Positions 12,057 through 22,419 of a stretch of 64,000 bases of DNA are shown piece after piece. A program made the translations under genes and the position numbers. The DNA lies in assembly GCA_902588785.1 (NCBI GenBank), contig CACIQL010000001.1, positions 7,119 to 71,118 of the forward strand, read 5' to 3'. The notes beneath the pieces are model-generated. The model saw nothing but the letters and a program-made list of their open reading frames with translations, was not told the origin of the DNA and searched no databases. Positions within the stretch are counted from its first letter, which is position 1. Each line of letters starts with the position of its first letter. This DNA is from an uncultured Pelagibacteraceae bacterium (GTDB taxonomy: Bacteria > Pseudomonadota > Alphaproteobacteria > Pelagibacterales > AG-422-B15).

Positions 12057-13583
12057 TTACCTATTTTTTTTAAATTCTTCAATTATTGATGTTAATTTAC
12101 TGGAAGTATCATCGTTCAAGTCTCCAGATGAATTGATAGACTCAATAATATCTGAATGAGATGATTTTATAAGTTCAAATAGATCTTTTTCGAAATCCCT
12201 TATCTGACTCAACTCCAGATCATCTAAGTAACCGTTCACACCAGTAAAAATTGAAACAACTTGCTCTGCAATTGTCATCGGTGAATACTGGTTTTGCTTT
12301 AATAGTTCGGTAAGTTTTGAACCTCTATTTAACAGCTTCTGTGTCGAGGCATCTAGGTCTGAACCAAATTGGGCAAATGCTGCCATTTCACGGTACTGGG
12401 CCAGTTCAAGTTTTATTGAGCCTGCAACCTTCTTCATTGCCTTGGTTTGCGCTGCAGAACCAACTCGGGATACACTTAAACCTACATTAACTGCAGGTCT
12501 GATACCTTGGTTAAACAATTCAGTTTCTAGAAAAATTTGACCATCAGTGATTGAAATCACGTTTGTTGGTATAAATGCACTAACATCATTTGCTTGAGTT
12601 TCAATCACAGGCAACGCTGTTAATGAACCGCCTCCATTTTCATCATTCATCTTGGCTGCTCTCTCAAGTAATCTACTGTGAAGATAAAATACATCTCCTG
12701 GAAATGCTTCACGTCCTGGAGGTCTTCTAAGAAGTAATGACATTTGTCTATAAGCTACTGCTTGTTTTGATAAATCATCATAAATTATTAAAGCATGCAT
12801 TCCATTATCACGGAAATATTCACCCATTGAACAACCAGTATAAGGAGCAAGAAATTGTAGTGGAGCAGCGTCACTTGCTGTTGCTGCAACAACTGTGGTA
12901 TATTCCATGGCACCAGCGTCTTCTAAGGCTTTCACTGTTTGAGCAATCGAAGATCTTTTTTGACCTATACCAACATAAATACAATAAAGTTTCTTAGTTT
13001 CATCGCCAGATTCATTAATAGATTTTTGATTTATGATAGTATCAATAGCAATTGCTGTTTTTCCAGTTTGTCTGTCACCAATAATTAATTCACGTTGCCC
13101 TCTGCCAATTGGAATCAAGCTGTCGATCGCTTTAAGACCTGTTTGCATTGGTTCGGATACTGATTTTCTTGGTATTATACCTGGCGCTTTAACTTCAATA
13201 CGACTTCTATTCTGTGACTCTATGTTTCCTTTTCCATCTATAGGATTTCCAAGAGCATCTACAACTCTTCCTAGCAGCTCTTTACCTACTGGAACATCAA
13301 CAATAGAATTTGTCCTTTTAACTGTATCACCTTCTTTAATATTTGCATCACTTCCAAATAGCACAACACCTACATTATCGTCCTCCAGGTTAAGGGCCAT
13401 TCCTCTTGTACCATCATCAAACATTACCATTTCACCGGCCTGCACATTATCAAGTCCATAAATTCTTGCGATACCATCTCCAATTGAAAGAACTTGACCA
13501 ACTTCTGTAATTTCAGAGTCAGATCCAAAATTTTTAATTTCTTCTTTGAGTATTTTTGATATTTCTGATGGTTGTATATCCAT
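12057..13583 (-). CDS. atpA: F1 ATP synthase alpha subunit
   Basis: P-loop GDRQTGKTA, plus [27 protein letters not shown]. Confidence 0.98.
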   Translation of the reverse strand: MDIQPSEISKILKEEIKNFGSDSEITEVGQVLSIGDGIARIYGLDNVQAGEMVMFDDGTRGMALNLEDDNVGVVLFGSDANIKEGDTVKRTNSIVDVPVGKELLGRVVDALGNPIDGKGNIESQNRSRIEVKAPGIIPRKSVSEPMQTGLKAIDSLIPIGRGQRELIIGDRQTGKTAIAIDTIINQKSINESGDETKKLYCIYVGIGQKRSSIAQTVKALEDAGAMEYTTVVAATASDAAPLQFLAPYTGCSMGEYFRDNGMHALIIYDDLSKQAVAYRQMSLLLRRPPGREAFPGDVFYLHSRLLERAAKMNDENGGGSLTALPVIETQANDVSAFIPTNVISITDGQIFLETELFNQGIRPAVNVGLSVSRVGSAAQTKAMKKVAGSIKLELAQYREMAAFAQFGSDLDASTQKLLNRGSKLTELLKQNQYSPMTIAEQVVSIFTGVNGYLDDLELSQIRDFEKDLFELIKSSHSDIIESINSSGDLNDDTSSKLTSIIEEFKKNR

Positions 13584-14143
13584 TAAGCGACCTCTTTCAT
13601 TTTTTCTTTTAATGTTTGGAGTTGATTTTTAATACTGCTATCAATCATTTGACTACCAACTTGTATTTTAAGACCCCCTATTAAAGTCTCATCAACTATA
13701 GTATTAATATTAAACTCTGAACTAAACTTATCTTTGAGTTTATCCTTAATATGTTTTAATTCTTCTTCTTTCAAAACTTTAGCTGAAGTAATTGTTGCTG
13801 ACATCTCACCCTTAATTCCTGACATTAATTTCTCAAATGAATTAATTATATCCATTAAGTAGTTTATTCGGTTTTTATTAATTATTACTCCAATAAAATT
13901 TTTTGCCAGCTTGGACATTTCGATTTTCTCAGAAAGTGAATTAAAAAAATTAAATTTATTAGATTTGCTGATTGAAGGATTCTTAACCATGGACAGTAAA
14001 GTATCATCTTCATTCAGTATTTTTTTTAAATTTAAAAGTTCACTAGAAACAGTTTCGAGTACTTTGGCCTCTTTTGCCAGCTGAAATAATGCATTAGCAT
14101 ATCTATCAACTGATGCGATTTGTCTTGTACTTGCGTTGGCCAT
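13583..14143 (-). CDS. atpH: F1 ATP synthase delta (OSCP) subunit
   Basis: 186 aa. First gene of the cluster and shares 1 nt with atp[13 protein letters not shown] and C-terminal [20 protein letters not shown] are typical of delta. Confidence 0.85.
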   Translation of the reverse strand: MANASTRQIASVDRYANALFQLAKEAKVLETVSSELLNLKKILNEDDTLLSMVKNPSISKSNKFNFFNSLSEKIEMSKLAKNFIGVIINKNRINYLMDIINSFEKLMSGIKGEMSATITSAKVLKEEELKHIKDKLKDKFSSEFNINTIVDETLIGGLKIQVGSQMIDSSIKNQLQTLKEKMKEVA

Positions 14144-14227
14144 TATGTGGAAATTCCTTAAAAATTCACTCTTTCCGTACCATTAACTCTCATATTTTTC
14201 AAGTATTGGAATGTCGCAATTCAAATT

Positions 14228-16222
14228 TTATACAAAGCTAAATGGGTCGATATCCACAGATATGTTTACGCTCGATAATGATTTAGAATTCTTGAGCCAA
14301 GCATTGACTATTTTTTGCATATTTCTGGCTTTTTTGTCATGTATCAAAAATCTCTGCCTGTGGCGTCCTTTTAACTTGGACAATGGGGCTGGCGCTGGAC
14401 CATATATTTCAAGTTCTGAAATATTTGGAATAGAACCGAACATGATACTGCACTGCTCCCTCACCTTGGCAATATTATTTCCACTAACAATTATTGCTGC
14501 CATTTTACCTGAGGGTGGAAGGTTATTAAGCTTGCGATAATATATTTCATTTTCATAAAATGCATCTCGATCTAATTGTGCAAGAGACTGAATAGTTTCG
14601 TTTTCAGGATAATATGTTTGAATAATCACTCTTCCTTTTGTTTGAGCCCGTCCTGCTCTTCCGGATACTTGGTATAAGGCCTGATAAGTTTTTTCAGAAG
14701 CTCTCAAATCACCACCTTTCAATGTCATATCCGCATCAATTATTCCAACACATGCAAGGTTAGGAAAGTGATAGCCTTTAGTTATAAGTTGAGTTCCAAT
14801 AATAATATCGTATTCATGATCTTTAATTTGTTTAACCTTAATTTCTAATTCATCTTGTGATTTTATATGATCACTAGAGAATAGGCATATCTTTGCCAAG
14901 GGAAAAGTTTTTGAAATTTCTGTAAATATTTTTTCAATGCCAGCTCCATAATCAATAAAGTGGCTATCATTATTTTGACATGAAGGACATTCTAAGCCCT
15001 TTGTTAAAATACTATAACCGCAGTGATGACATAGTAATTTTTTATTTTTTAAATGTTCTACTAAGTAACTTGAGCAGTTTTTACATGTTATTTTATGCCC
15101 ACATGACTTGCAAATAATTACAGGAGCATATCCTCTTTTATTGATATAAAGCAGTGTCTGCTGTTTTTTTTTCAATGTCTGACTGATTTCTTTAATGAGT
15201 TTTTCAGATAACCATTGATCTTTTTTTAATTTTTCTTTTTTCATATTAACTATGAAAATTTCATTTTCTTCTTGATTAAAATACTTATTTTTAATCGAAA
15301 CTTTATTATATTTTTTATTCATCACATTAAAAATTGTCTCGAGTGATGGGGTAGCGCTTGTTAAAATGATTGGAATATCTTCTATTGAACTCTTAACGAC
15401 TGACATATCCCGTGCGTGGTATATGCCTTGTTCTTCTTGTTTATAAGAGCTGTCATGTTCTTCATCTAAGACAATCATTGATAGGTTTTTGTATGGTAGA
15501 AATAAAGAGGAACGAGCACCAATAATAATTTGAGAAGTGCCATCAATAATGCTCTTTAATACTTTTGTTTTATAAGCAGTACTTATCTTTGAGTGCCAAA
15601 CTACTGGTGAGAACCCAAATCTTTCTTCAATTCTATTTACAAAATCTCCTGTCAATGAAACTTCTGGGAACATAATTAAAACTTGTTCACCGTCTTTAAT
15701 AAATTTTTTTATAACATCAAAATAAACTTCTGTTTTTCCTGATCCAGGGACACCATCAAGTAGGACAGGCTTAAAATTTCGTTGTTGGAAAATTTTTAGC
15801 ATATCTTGAGAAGCCCTTTTTTGCTCCAAACTTAGCTTTATTGCCTTAACATTTTTTTTAATATTCGAAGTGAGTTCTTTTGTTTTTTTCTTCTTAAAAT
15901 AAAATTTACTATGCGACAAAATCATTTTGAGAACTAACCCTCTATCAATTAAATTGTAATTACTAACCCAATTTAAAAACTTTATCATTTTTGAATTCAG
16001 TCTATATTCGGGTGAAATCTCTTTTATAAATTTCAACTTTATTTTTGAGTCATTTAAAACACTGTTTACTTTGGTGATAACTCCAATTTTTTTTCCTGAG
16101 CGCAAAGGAGCTAAAACAATCATTCCAACTCTAGGTTTTTCAATCGTTTCATGCTTATAGGTAAATTCTTCACTTACATTGTGAGCTAATAAGACATCTA
16201 TATAGTAAATAATTTTATTCAT
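14228..16222 (-). CDS. priA: Primosomal replication protein N' (PriA helicase)
   Basis: Walker A GVPGSGKTEVY, DEEHD box, and Cys-rich zinc region CKSCGHKITCKNCSSYLVEHLKNKKLLCHHCG...CPSC. Confidence 0.9.
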   Translation of the reverse strand: MNKIIYYIDVLLAHNVSEEFTYKHETIEKPRVGMIVLAPLRSGKKIGVITKVNSVLNDSKIKLKFIKEISPEYRLNSKMIKFLNWVSNYNLIDRGLVLKMILSHSKFYFKKKKTKELTSNIKKNVKAIKLSLEQKRASQDMLKIFQQRNFKPVLLDGVPGSGKTEVYFDVIKKFIKDGEQVLIMFPEVSLTGDFVNRIEERFGFSPVVWHSKISTAYKTKVLKSIIDGTSQIIIGARSSLFLPYKNLSMIVLDEEHDSSYKQEEQGIYHARDMSVVKSSIEDIPIILTSATPSLETIFNVMNKKYNKVSIKNKYFNQEENEIFIVNMKKEKLKKDQWLSEKLIKEISQTLKKKQQTLLYINKRGYAPVIICKSCGHKITCKNCSSYLVEHLKNKKLLCHHCGYSILTKGLECPSCQNNDSHFIDYGAGIEKIFTEISKTFPLAKICLFSSDHIKSQDELEIKVKQIKDHEYDIIIGTQLITKGYHFPNLACVGIIDADMTLKGGDLRASEKTYQALYQVSGRAGRAQTKGRVIIQTYYPENETIQSLAQLDRDAFYENEIYYRKLNNLPPSGKMAAIIVSGNNIAKVREQCSIMFGSIPNISELEIYGPAPAPLSKLKGRHRQRFLIHDKKARNMQKIVNAWLKNSKSLSSVNISVDIDPFSFV

Positions 16223-16280
16223 AAATTTTGTTTGAATCTCTAACTATGATATAAATATATCAGTCAAAATATTATTTGTT

Positions 16281-16937
16281 ATGGAATTCTTTTTAGATAC
16301 AGCAGATGTAGAAGTAATTAGAGAATTTAAAGAAACCGGCTTGATTAATGGAATTACAACCAATCCATCATTAGTGGCCAAATCAGGAAAAGATTTTAAA
16401 AAAATACTTAAAGAAATTTCTAAAATGATAAAAGGGCCGATCAGTGCTGAAGTTACAGCCATTGAATGCAAGGGAATGATTGCAGAAGCAAAAATACTAT
16501 CAAAAATATCTAAAAATATTGTTATCAAATTACCTTTAACAGAAGAAGGACTTAAAGCTTGTAAGATACTAAGCAGCAAAAAGATTAAGACCAATGTAAC
16601 CCTATGTTTTTCAGCTGCACAGGCATTAATTGCTGCTAAATGTGGAGCAACATATATATCTCCATTTGTTGGGCGATTAGATGATATAGGTGAAAATGGA
16701 ATGAACCTAATTAGAGAAATCAAAGCGATATATTCAAATTATAAAAATATTAAAACAAAAATATTAGTTGCTTCAGTTAGAACTGTTGATCATGTTATTG
16801 AGTCTGGAATGATTGGTGCTGACGTTGTCACCTTACCACCTGCAACGCTTGCAAAGCTATATAAGCATCCCTTAACAGATAAGGGTTTAAAAGCTTTTCT
16901 CGATGATTGGAAAAAAACAAAACAAAAAATTCTTTAG
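16281..16937 (+). CDS. tal: Transaldolase-family protein, short type (fructose-6-phosphate aldolase / transaldolase)
   Basis: 218 aa. [15 protein letters not shown]...GITTNPSL...VIKLP (Schiff-base Lys context)...[10 protein letters not shown]. Confidence 0.88.
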   Translation: MEFFLDTADVEVIREFKETGLINGITTNPSLVAKSGKDFKKILKEISKMIKGPISAEVTAIECKGMIAEAKILSKISKNIVIKLPLTEEGLKACKILSSKKIKTNVTLCFSAAQALIAAKCGATYISPFVGRLDDIGENGMNLIREIKAIYSNYKNIKTKILVASVRTVDHVIESGMIGADVVTLPPATLAKLYKHPLTDKGLKAFLDDWKKTKQKIL

Positions 16938-16940
16938 TGC

Positions 16941-17858
16941 GTGAATAATCAAGTTAAAGAATGCTTTCATGATTGGATTGAGAATTTACAGAAAGTTAGA
17001 AACTTAAGTGACAACACGCTTACAAGCTACAAAAATGACATTGAAAAATTTTTAATTTTTTCAAAGGATCATTTTGGGGGGAATTTATCAATAAGCGATC
17101 TTGATAGAATGCAAATTTCTGACTTTAGAAGTTTCTTATCTTTTTTAAGAAATCGAGGCATTGGAACTGCATCAATAGCACGAGTGATATCATCATTAAA
17201 ATCTTTTTTTAATTTCTTAGTAAAGAGTGAAAAAATAAAAAATAGAGCGATACAATCTTTAAAATCTCCAAAAGCAAAAAAGTCTTTGCCAAGACCAATT
17301 TCAGCTGATCTTGCAATTGAAGCTATTAAATATTCGCGAGAAATTGAAAAAGAGAAATGGGTAGGATTACGAAATAAGTCAATCCTTATGCTTTTATATG
17401 GATGTGGATTGAGAATATCTGAGGCATTAAATTTAAATTATGAAGATATTAATGAGAATGAATATCTAGTTATTAGAGGAAAAGGTAACAAAGAAAGACT
17501 AGTGCCTTTAATGGAATTTATTAAGCGTGAAATAAAAGAATATATAAAAGAGTGTCCAAAAAGTTTTGAAAATGGTGATCCACTTTTTTTAGGTAAAAGA
17601 ATGAACCGTCTTAGTCCGAGAATTATTCAATATACTTTGGAAAAAATTAGACATAATTTGTCTTTACCTGAAACTGCAACCCCTCATGCGTTGAGACATA
17701 GTTTTGCTACACATTTGCTGGACTCAGGCGGAGATCTGAGAACAATTCAGGAATTATTGGGACATAGCAGTCTTTCCACAACTCAAAGATATACCAAAGT
17801 TGAGACTGAGCGACTATATGAAGCATATTCAAAAACCCATCCGCTTGCTAAGAAATAA
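16941..17858 (+). CDS. Tyrosine site-specific recombinase, XerC/XerD family (GTG start)
   Basis: N-terminal SAM-like domain. Catalytic motifs GLRISEAL, HALRHSFATHLL and LGHSSLSTTQRYTKV. XerC versus XerD cannot be decided by eye. Confidence 0.85.
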   Translation: MNNQVKECFHDWIENLQKVRNLSDNTLTSYKNDIEKFLIFSKDHFGGNLSISDLDRMQISDFRSFLSFLRNRGIGTASIARVISSLKSFFNFLVKSEKIKNRAIQSLKSPKAKKSLPRPISADLAIEAIKYSREIEKEKWVGLRNKSILMLLYGCGLRISEALNLNYEDINENEYLVIRGKGNKERLVPLMEFIKREIKEYIKECPKSFENGDPLFLGKRMNRLSPRIIQYTLEKIRHNLSLPETATPHALRHSFATHLLDSGGDLRTIQELLGHSSLSTTQRYTKVETERLYEAYSKTHPLAKK

Positions 17859-17879
17859 ATAAATTATATATTAACTAAT

Positions 17880-18275
17880 ATGCAAAACCCAATATCAAAA
17901 TGGCATGACGTTGTTAATCTTCGTGACTATAATGCTCTGACTGAGATACTAGATGAACATGTTATTTTTTATTCTCCAGTTGTTTACACGCCTCAGCGAG
18001 GAAAAGATATCACATTAAAATATTTAATGGCTGCATCAGAAGTATTTAATGCTTCGAATTTTAAATATCATAAAGAAATAATTGGAGAGACAAATGCCAG
18101 CCTTGAATTTACTTTGACTATTGAAGATACTGATATTAATGGAATCGACCTTATTTCATGGAATGAAGCTGGACTCATTACTGAGTTTAAAGTATTTATC
18201 AGACCACTTCAGGGTGTTAATATAATACATAAGATGATGGGCAATATGTTAGAGAGTTTTAAAAATGTCAGTTGA
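17880..18275 (+). CDS. NTF2/SnoaL-like small protein, function unknown
   Basis: 131 aa. The size and alternating pattern resemble SnoaL/NTF2-like proteins, but the assignment is by eye only. Its 3' end overlaps the next gene by 11 nt. Confidence 0.45.
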   Translation: MQNPISKWHDVVNLRDYNALTEILDEHVIFYSPVVYTPQRGKDITLKYLMAASEVFNASNFKYHKEIIGETNASLEFTLTIEDTDINGIDLISWNEAGLITEFKVFIRPLQGVNIIHKMMGNMLESFKNVS

Positions 18276-19185
18276 TTTTCTGTTTCAGTATTCTGCTTTA
18301 GAGCTTTTCTGGTTATTGGTACCAATTTTAGTTGGAATAGCAGTCGTAGAAACATTAGCTATATATTTCTTTAAATTGAAAGGCAAAAATGATTTTAAAG
18401 AATGGATATTAAATATGTCCATGGGAATTTTAAGTTACCCTGTTAATGGAATATTTGCGTTTATAACACTAGGAGCTCTATTTTGGGCTAAGGAATTTCA
18501 GATTTATACATTCCCATTTACCCTAAGTGCTTTGGTATTATGCTTCATACTTGACGATTTAACTTTTTATTTACATCACAGGATTTGTCATCGATGGCGA
18601 TGGGGCTGGGGACTGCATCGAACTCATCATTCTTCAGAAAGAATGGGCATCGATGTGGGTGCAAGACAACCATTTACAAAACACTTCACTGGGACTCGAA
18701 TGCTCAAAATTCCACTTGTAATCATTGGCTTTGATCCAGTAATGGTTTTATTTTGTGTATTTATAAACGGCTACTACCAATATTTATGCCACACTCAAAC
18801 TATATATAAGTTACCTCGCTGGTATGAGTTTTTATTTAACACACCTTCACACCATAGAGTTCATCATGCAAGAAATCCGAAATACCTTGATGCAAATTAT
18901 GCTGGAACACTAATGGTTTGGGATAGAATGTTTGGAACATTTGTTGCTGAAGATCCAAAAGAACCTTGTGACTATGGATTGGTGGTTCCGATGACATCTT
19001 TGAATCCTCTTAGGATATTATTTGAAGAATATGCAAATATATTTAAAGATATTTCAATGCGCGGTATTTCTCTTAAAGATAGATTTATGTATCTTTTTGG
19101 CCCTCCTGGATGGTCGCATGACGGAACTCGAAAAACTTCAACTCAAATTAAAGAAGACTATAACAGGGCGATTAAAAGTCATTAA
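18265..19185 (+). CDS. Fatty acid hydroxylase / sterol desaturase superfamily membrane di-iron oxygenase
   Basis: Three histidine boxes (HHRICH, HRTHHS, HHRVHH) and N-terminal hydrophobic helices. Confidence 0.75.
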   Translation: MSVDFLFQYSALELFWLLVPILVGIAVVETLAIYFFKLKGKNDFKEWILNMSMGILSYPVNGIFAFITLGALFWAKEFQIYTFPFTLSALVLCFILDDLTFYLHHRICHRWRWGWGLHRTHHSSERMGIDVGARQPFTKHFTGTRMLKIPLVIIGFDPVMVLFCVFINGYYQYLCHTQTIYKLPRWYEFLFNTPSHHRVHHARNPKYLDANYAGTLMVWDRMFGTFVAEDPKEPCDYGLVVPMTSLNPLRILFEEYANIFKDISMRGISLKDRFMYLFGPPGWSHDGTRKTSTQIKEDYNRAIKSH

Positions 19186-19775
19186 TGACACCTCCAGCTC
19201 ATTTTGCTCTTTCTGAAATACTGATTGTTATAGCTGGCGCATACTCAATAAGAGTCTTTTTGCAACATAAGCTAAACTTTGCTGCTGCTGGAGTTTTAGT
19301 ACTGGCAGTTGCAGCTTTTTTAGCAACCCTTAGATTTGGTCTGAACATGCATACCGAGCTGAAGTCTTCACATCAATTGTTCACAGCTCTATCACTTCTA
19401 TTCGGAGTACCACTCATCACGATAGACGTCATTAAAAAAAGTCAGCTCCTTAATGAAAAGATAATTTTAATTTTTGCACTAATAATGGCATTGATAAGTA
19501 TATATATTTTCTTTCAAGCAAAGAATATAATCATTATGTATGCTGTTATGTGGCTTGTTCTTGGAATAATTTTTTCTTTTTTGATACCAAGAGAAAAAAT
19601 TTCTTCTCGTTTCGTATCAAGCTTCATTTTTTCAATAATACTGGTTAATTTTATTGTTAGGCAGGTTCAGCTGTTAGAGCCAAACCTCAGCTGGCATTTT
19701 TATCATTTAGTTGTAGCAGTCTGGCTGTACTTGATGACTTTATTAATGACAAAAAAGGAAGCTAAATATGAATAG
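19185..19775 (+). CDS. Polytopic membrane protein, function unknown
   Basis: 196 aa with about 6 hydrophobic segments. TAATG overlap with the upstream hydroxylase gene. No recognisable motif. Confidence 0.5.
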   Translation: MTPPAHFALSEILIVIAGAYSIRVFLQHKLNFAAAGVLVLAVAAFLATLRFGLNMHTELKSSHQLFTALSLLFGVPLITIDVIKKSQLLNEKIILIFALIMALISIYIFFQAKNIIIMYAVMWLVLGIIFSFLIPREKISSRFVSSFIFSIILVNFIVRQVQLLEPNLSWHFYHLVVAVWLYLMTLLMTKKEAKYE

Positions 19776-21153
19776 CTTGATTATCCACGTTTAACGCAGC
19801 TTCTTTTATAGATTCTGTTAGAGTTGGATGTGCGTGACACGTTCTTGCGATATCCTCAGCTGATGCTCCAAATTCCATTGCAATTGTGAGTTCGCCAATA
19901 AGGTTGCCGGCGTCTGCTCCAATGATATGAACACCTAATACTTCATCTGTATTTTTATCAGATAAGATCTTCACAAACCCGCTTGTTTCATTCATCACTT
20001 TAGCTTTACCATTCGCTGAAAACGGAAATTTACCTATTTTGTATTTGATGTTGTTTTTCTTTAATTCTTCCTCTGTTTTTCCAACTGATGCAACTTCTGG
20101 GGCAGTATAAATAACCGATGGAATTGTATTATAGTTAACGTGTCCAGCCTGACCGTCAATAATCTCAGCTACAGCAGTACCTTCTTCTGAAGCTTTATGG
20201 GCAAGCATTGGTCCTACTTTACAATCACCGATTGCATAAATATTTTCAATTGAAGTATTAAAATGCTGATTAGTCTCAATAAAGCCTTTATCATTCGTTT
20301 TTACTCCTATCTTCTCTAAGTTCAGACCAAAAGTGTAAGGTTTTCGACCAGTCGATATTAAAACTTTGTCACAATCCATATCAAGAGTTTGACCATTGTT
20401 TTCAACCGAAACAGAAAGCGAGCCGTTGCTTTTATTTACCTTTCTTAGAGCAGTGGAAAGTTTAAAATCAAATCCTTGTTTAATGAGTATTTTTTGAAAA
20501 GCATCAGAAATTTCTTGGTCCATTCCAGGAAGTATTCGGTCAGCATATTCAATAACCGTTACCTTTGACCCTAGTCTTGACCAAACAGATCCCATTTCCA
20601 GGCCAATGTAACCTGCACCAATAACCATTAAGTGCTTTGGAACAGACGATAAACTTAAAGCTCCAGTGGATGATAAGATGTCAATTTCATCAATGACCAC
20701 TCCCTCAGGTGAAACAACTTCTGAACCTGTAGCAATAATTGTTTTAGATGATTTAATAACCTCAGAACTATCGCCAGTTAAAATCTCAATTTGCTCGTTG
20801 TCAATGAACTTCGCAAATCCCAATTTTCTTGTAACTTTATTTTTTTTAAAAAGAAAGTCGATTCCACTTGTAAGTGACTCAACGCTTTCATTTTTAGATT
20901 TCATTATTTTATTTAGATCAAACGATACGTTATCAAAATTAATGCCTAATTGATTAAGTTCTGAAGCTTGATGAAATAAATGAGAAGAATGCAATAGAGA
21001 TTTTGAGGGAATACATCCAATATTTAAGCAGGTACCGCCAAGCGTTTGTCCCTTTTCGATACAACAAACTTTGTATCCAAGTTGTGATGCCCTAATTGCG
21101 CAAACGTAACCAGCAGGCCCGCTGCCAATCACTGTGATATCAAATTGTTCCAA
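19762..21153 (-). CDS. lpdA: Dihydrolipoyl dehydrogenase (E3)
   Basis: GSGPAGY FAD motif, redox disulfide GGTCLNIGCIPSK, and C-terminal HAHPTLTE. Confidence 0.95.
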   Translation of the reverse strand: MEQFDITVIGSGPAGYVCAIRASQLGYKVCCIEKGQTLGGTCLNIGCIPSKSLLHSSHLFHQASELNQLGINFDNVSFDLNKIMKSKNESVESLTSGIDFLFKKNKVTRKLGFAKFIDNEQIEILTGDSSEVIKSSKTIIATGSEVVSPEGVVIDEIDILSSTGALSLSSVPKHLMVIGAGYIGLEMGSVWSRLGSKVTVIEYADRILPGMDQEISDAFQKILIKQGFDFKLSTALRKVNKSNGSLSVSVENNGQTLDMDCDKVLISTGRKPYTFGLNLEKIGVKTNDKGFIETNQHFNTSIENIYAIGDCKVGPMLAHKASEEGTAVAEIIDGQAGHVNYNTIPSVIYTAPEVASVGKTEEELKKNNIKYKIGKFPFSANGKAKVMNETSGFVKILSDKNTDEVLGVHIIGADAGNLIGELTIAMEFGASAEDIARTCHAHPTLTESIKEAALNVDNQAIHI

Positions 21154-21154
21154 A

Positions 21155-22393
21155 TTAAACTCCTAACAATAATCTACTTGGATCCTCTAGACCCTCTTTA
21201 ACTCTCACTAAAAAAGTTACGGCTCCTTTACCGTCTACTATTCTGTGATCGTATGAAAGGGCAAGATACATCATGGGTCTAATTGTTATTTCACCATCAA
21301 TAGCTATGGGTCTTTCTTCTATTTTATGCATTCCCAATATTCCTGATTGAGGTGGATTTAATATTGGAGTAGACATTAAAGATCCATAAACACCACCATT
21401 GGATATTGTAAATGTACCACCCTGCATATCTTCAATACTTAATTGGCCAGAACGAGCTTTCTGTCCCAGTTGATAGATTTCTTTTTCTACTTCAACAAGA
21501 GATTTTTTATCAGCGTCTTTAACAACTGGTACGACGAGGCCTTGATCAGTTCCAACAGCAACACCAATATTGTAAAAGTTTTTATAAATGACGTCGTTGT
21601 TTTCAATTTCTGCATTTACTTCAGGGATATCTCTCAGTGCAGTTATACATGCTTTCACAAAAAAAGACATGAAGCCTAATTTCACGCCATACTTTTTTTC
21701 AAATTCTGATTTATGATCATTACGTGTCTTTATAAGCTCACTCATATCAACCTCATTAAATGTTGTGAGCATGGCAGCATTATTCTGAGCATCCTTTAGA
21801 CGTTTCGCTATGGTTTGCCTTAAACGCGACATAGGCACTCGTTCTTCTCTTTTATCGGTTTGTCTAATTGTTTGAGGAGTATTTTCTTTTTTTTCTATAT
21901 TTTGATAATTTATGACGTCAGATTTAGTAATTCTACCATCCTCTCTTGAAGAGTTTACAGTGCTAATATTTATATTCTTTTCAGCAGCAATTTTTCTTAC
22001 AGCTGGGGATAATTTTTGATTATTTAAATTATCAATTTGAATGGGCATCTCTTCTTTTGGTGGAGACTTTACTTCTTCAGGAATAATTTTTTCTGGAGTC
22101 GTAAATGATTTTTCATTTAATGGTTCTGACTGTTTAACTTTTTGGTCTATAGATGCGTTTTCATCAATAGACCCTAAGATTGCTCCAACTTCAACAGTTG
22201 AACCTTCTTCTGCGTTGATTTTTTGTATACAGCCATTTGATGGAGAAGGAACTTCAAGAGTTACTTTATCTGTTTCAAGCTCAAGCAGTGGTTCATCAAC
22301 GGATACAGAGTCACCTTCATTCTTATACCATTTTGCTACCGTTGCCTCTACAACGCTTTCTCCGAGAGAAGGAACTTTGATTTCAACAGACAT
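21155..22393 (-). CDS. sucB: 2-oxoglutarate dehydrogenase E2 (dihydrolipoamide succinyltransferase)
   Basis: Lipoyl domain [11 protein letters not shown] and catalytic DHRIVDG. Lies between sucA and lpdA. Confidence 0.95.
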   Translation of the reverse strand: MSVEIKVPSLGESVVEATVAKWYKNEGDSVSVDEPLLELETDKVTLEVPSPSNGCIQKINAEEGSTVEVGAILGSIDENASIDQKVKQSEPLNEKSFTTPEKIIPEEVKSPPKEEMPIQIDNLNNQKLSPAVRKIAAEKNINISTVNSSREDGRITKSDVINYQNIEKKENTPQTIRQTDKREERVPMSRLRQTIAKRLKDAQNNAAMLTTFNEVDMSELIKTRNDHKSEFEKKYGVKLGFMSFFVKACITALRDIPEVNAEIENNDVIYKNFYNIGVAVGTDQGLVVPVVKDADKKSLVEVEKEIYQLGQKARSGQLSIEDMQGGTFTISNGGVYGSLMSTPILNPPQSGILGMHKIEERPIAIDGEITIRPMMYLALSYDHRIVDGKGAVTFLVRVKEGLEDPSRLLLGV

Positions 22394-22419
22394 ATTTAAT
22401 ATTTAACACTTTAAGATTA

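Noticed and set aside
14144-14227. A promoter for the atp operon in the priA-atpH spacer.
   Set aside because: Several TTGAAx hexamers are present, but none has a credible -10 element at 16-18 nt. I could not support a specific call.
14211-14540. 109-aa + strand ORF overlapping the priA 3' end.
   Set aside because: It is antisense to the well-supported priA C-terminal domain and has no motif or ribosome-binding context.
16941-19775. A tyrosine recombinase followed by three accessory-looking genes, considered as a possible integrated mobile element.
   Set aside because: The recombinase has a full XerC/D-type architecture. No tRNA, flanking direct repeats, phage or transfer genes are present, and the flanks are tightly packed core genes.
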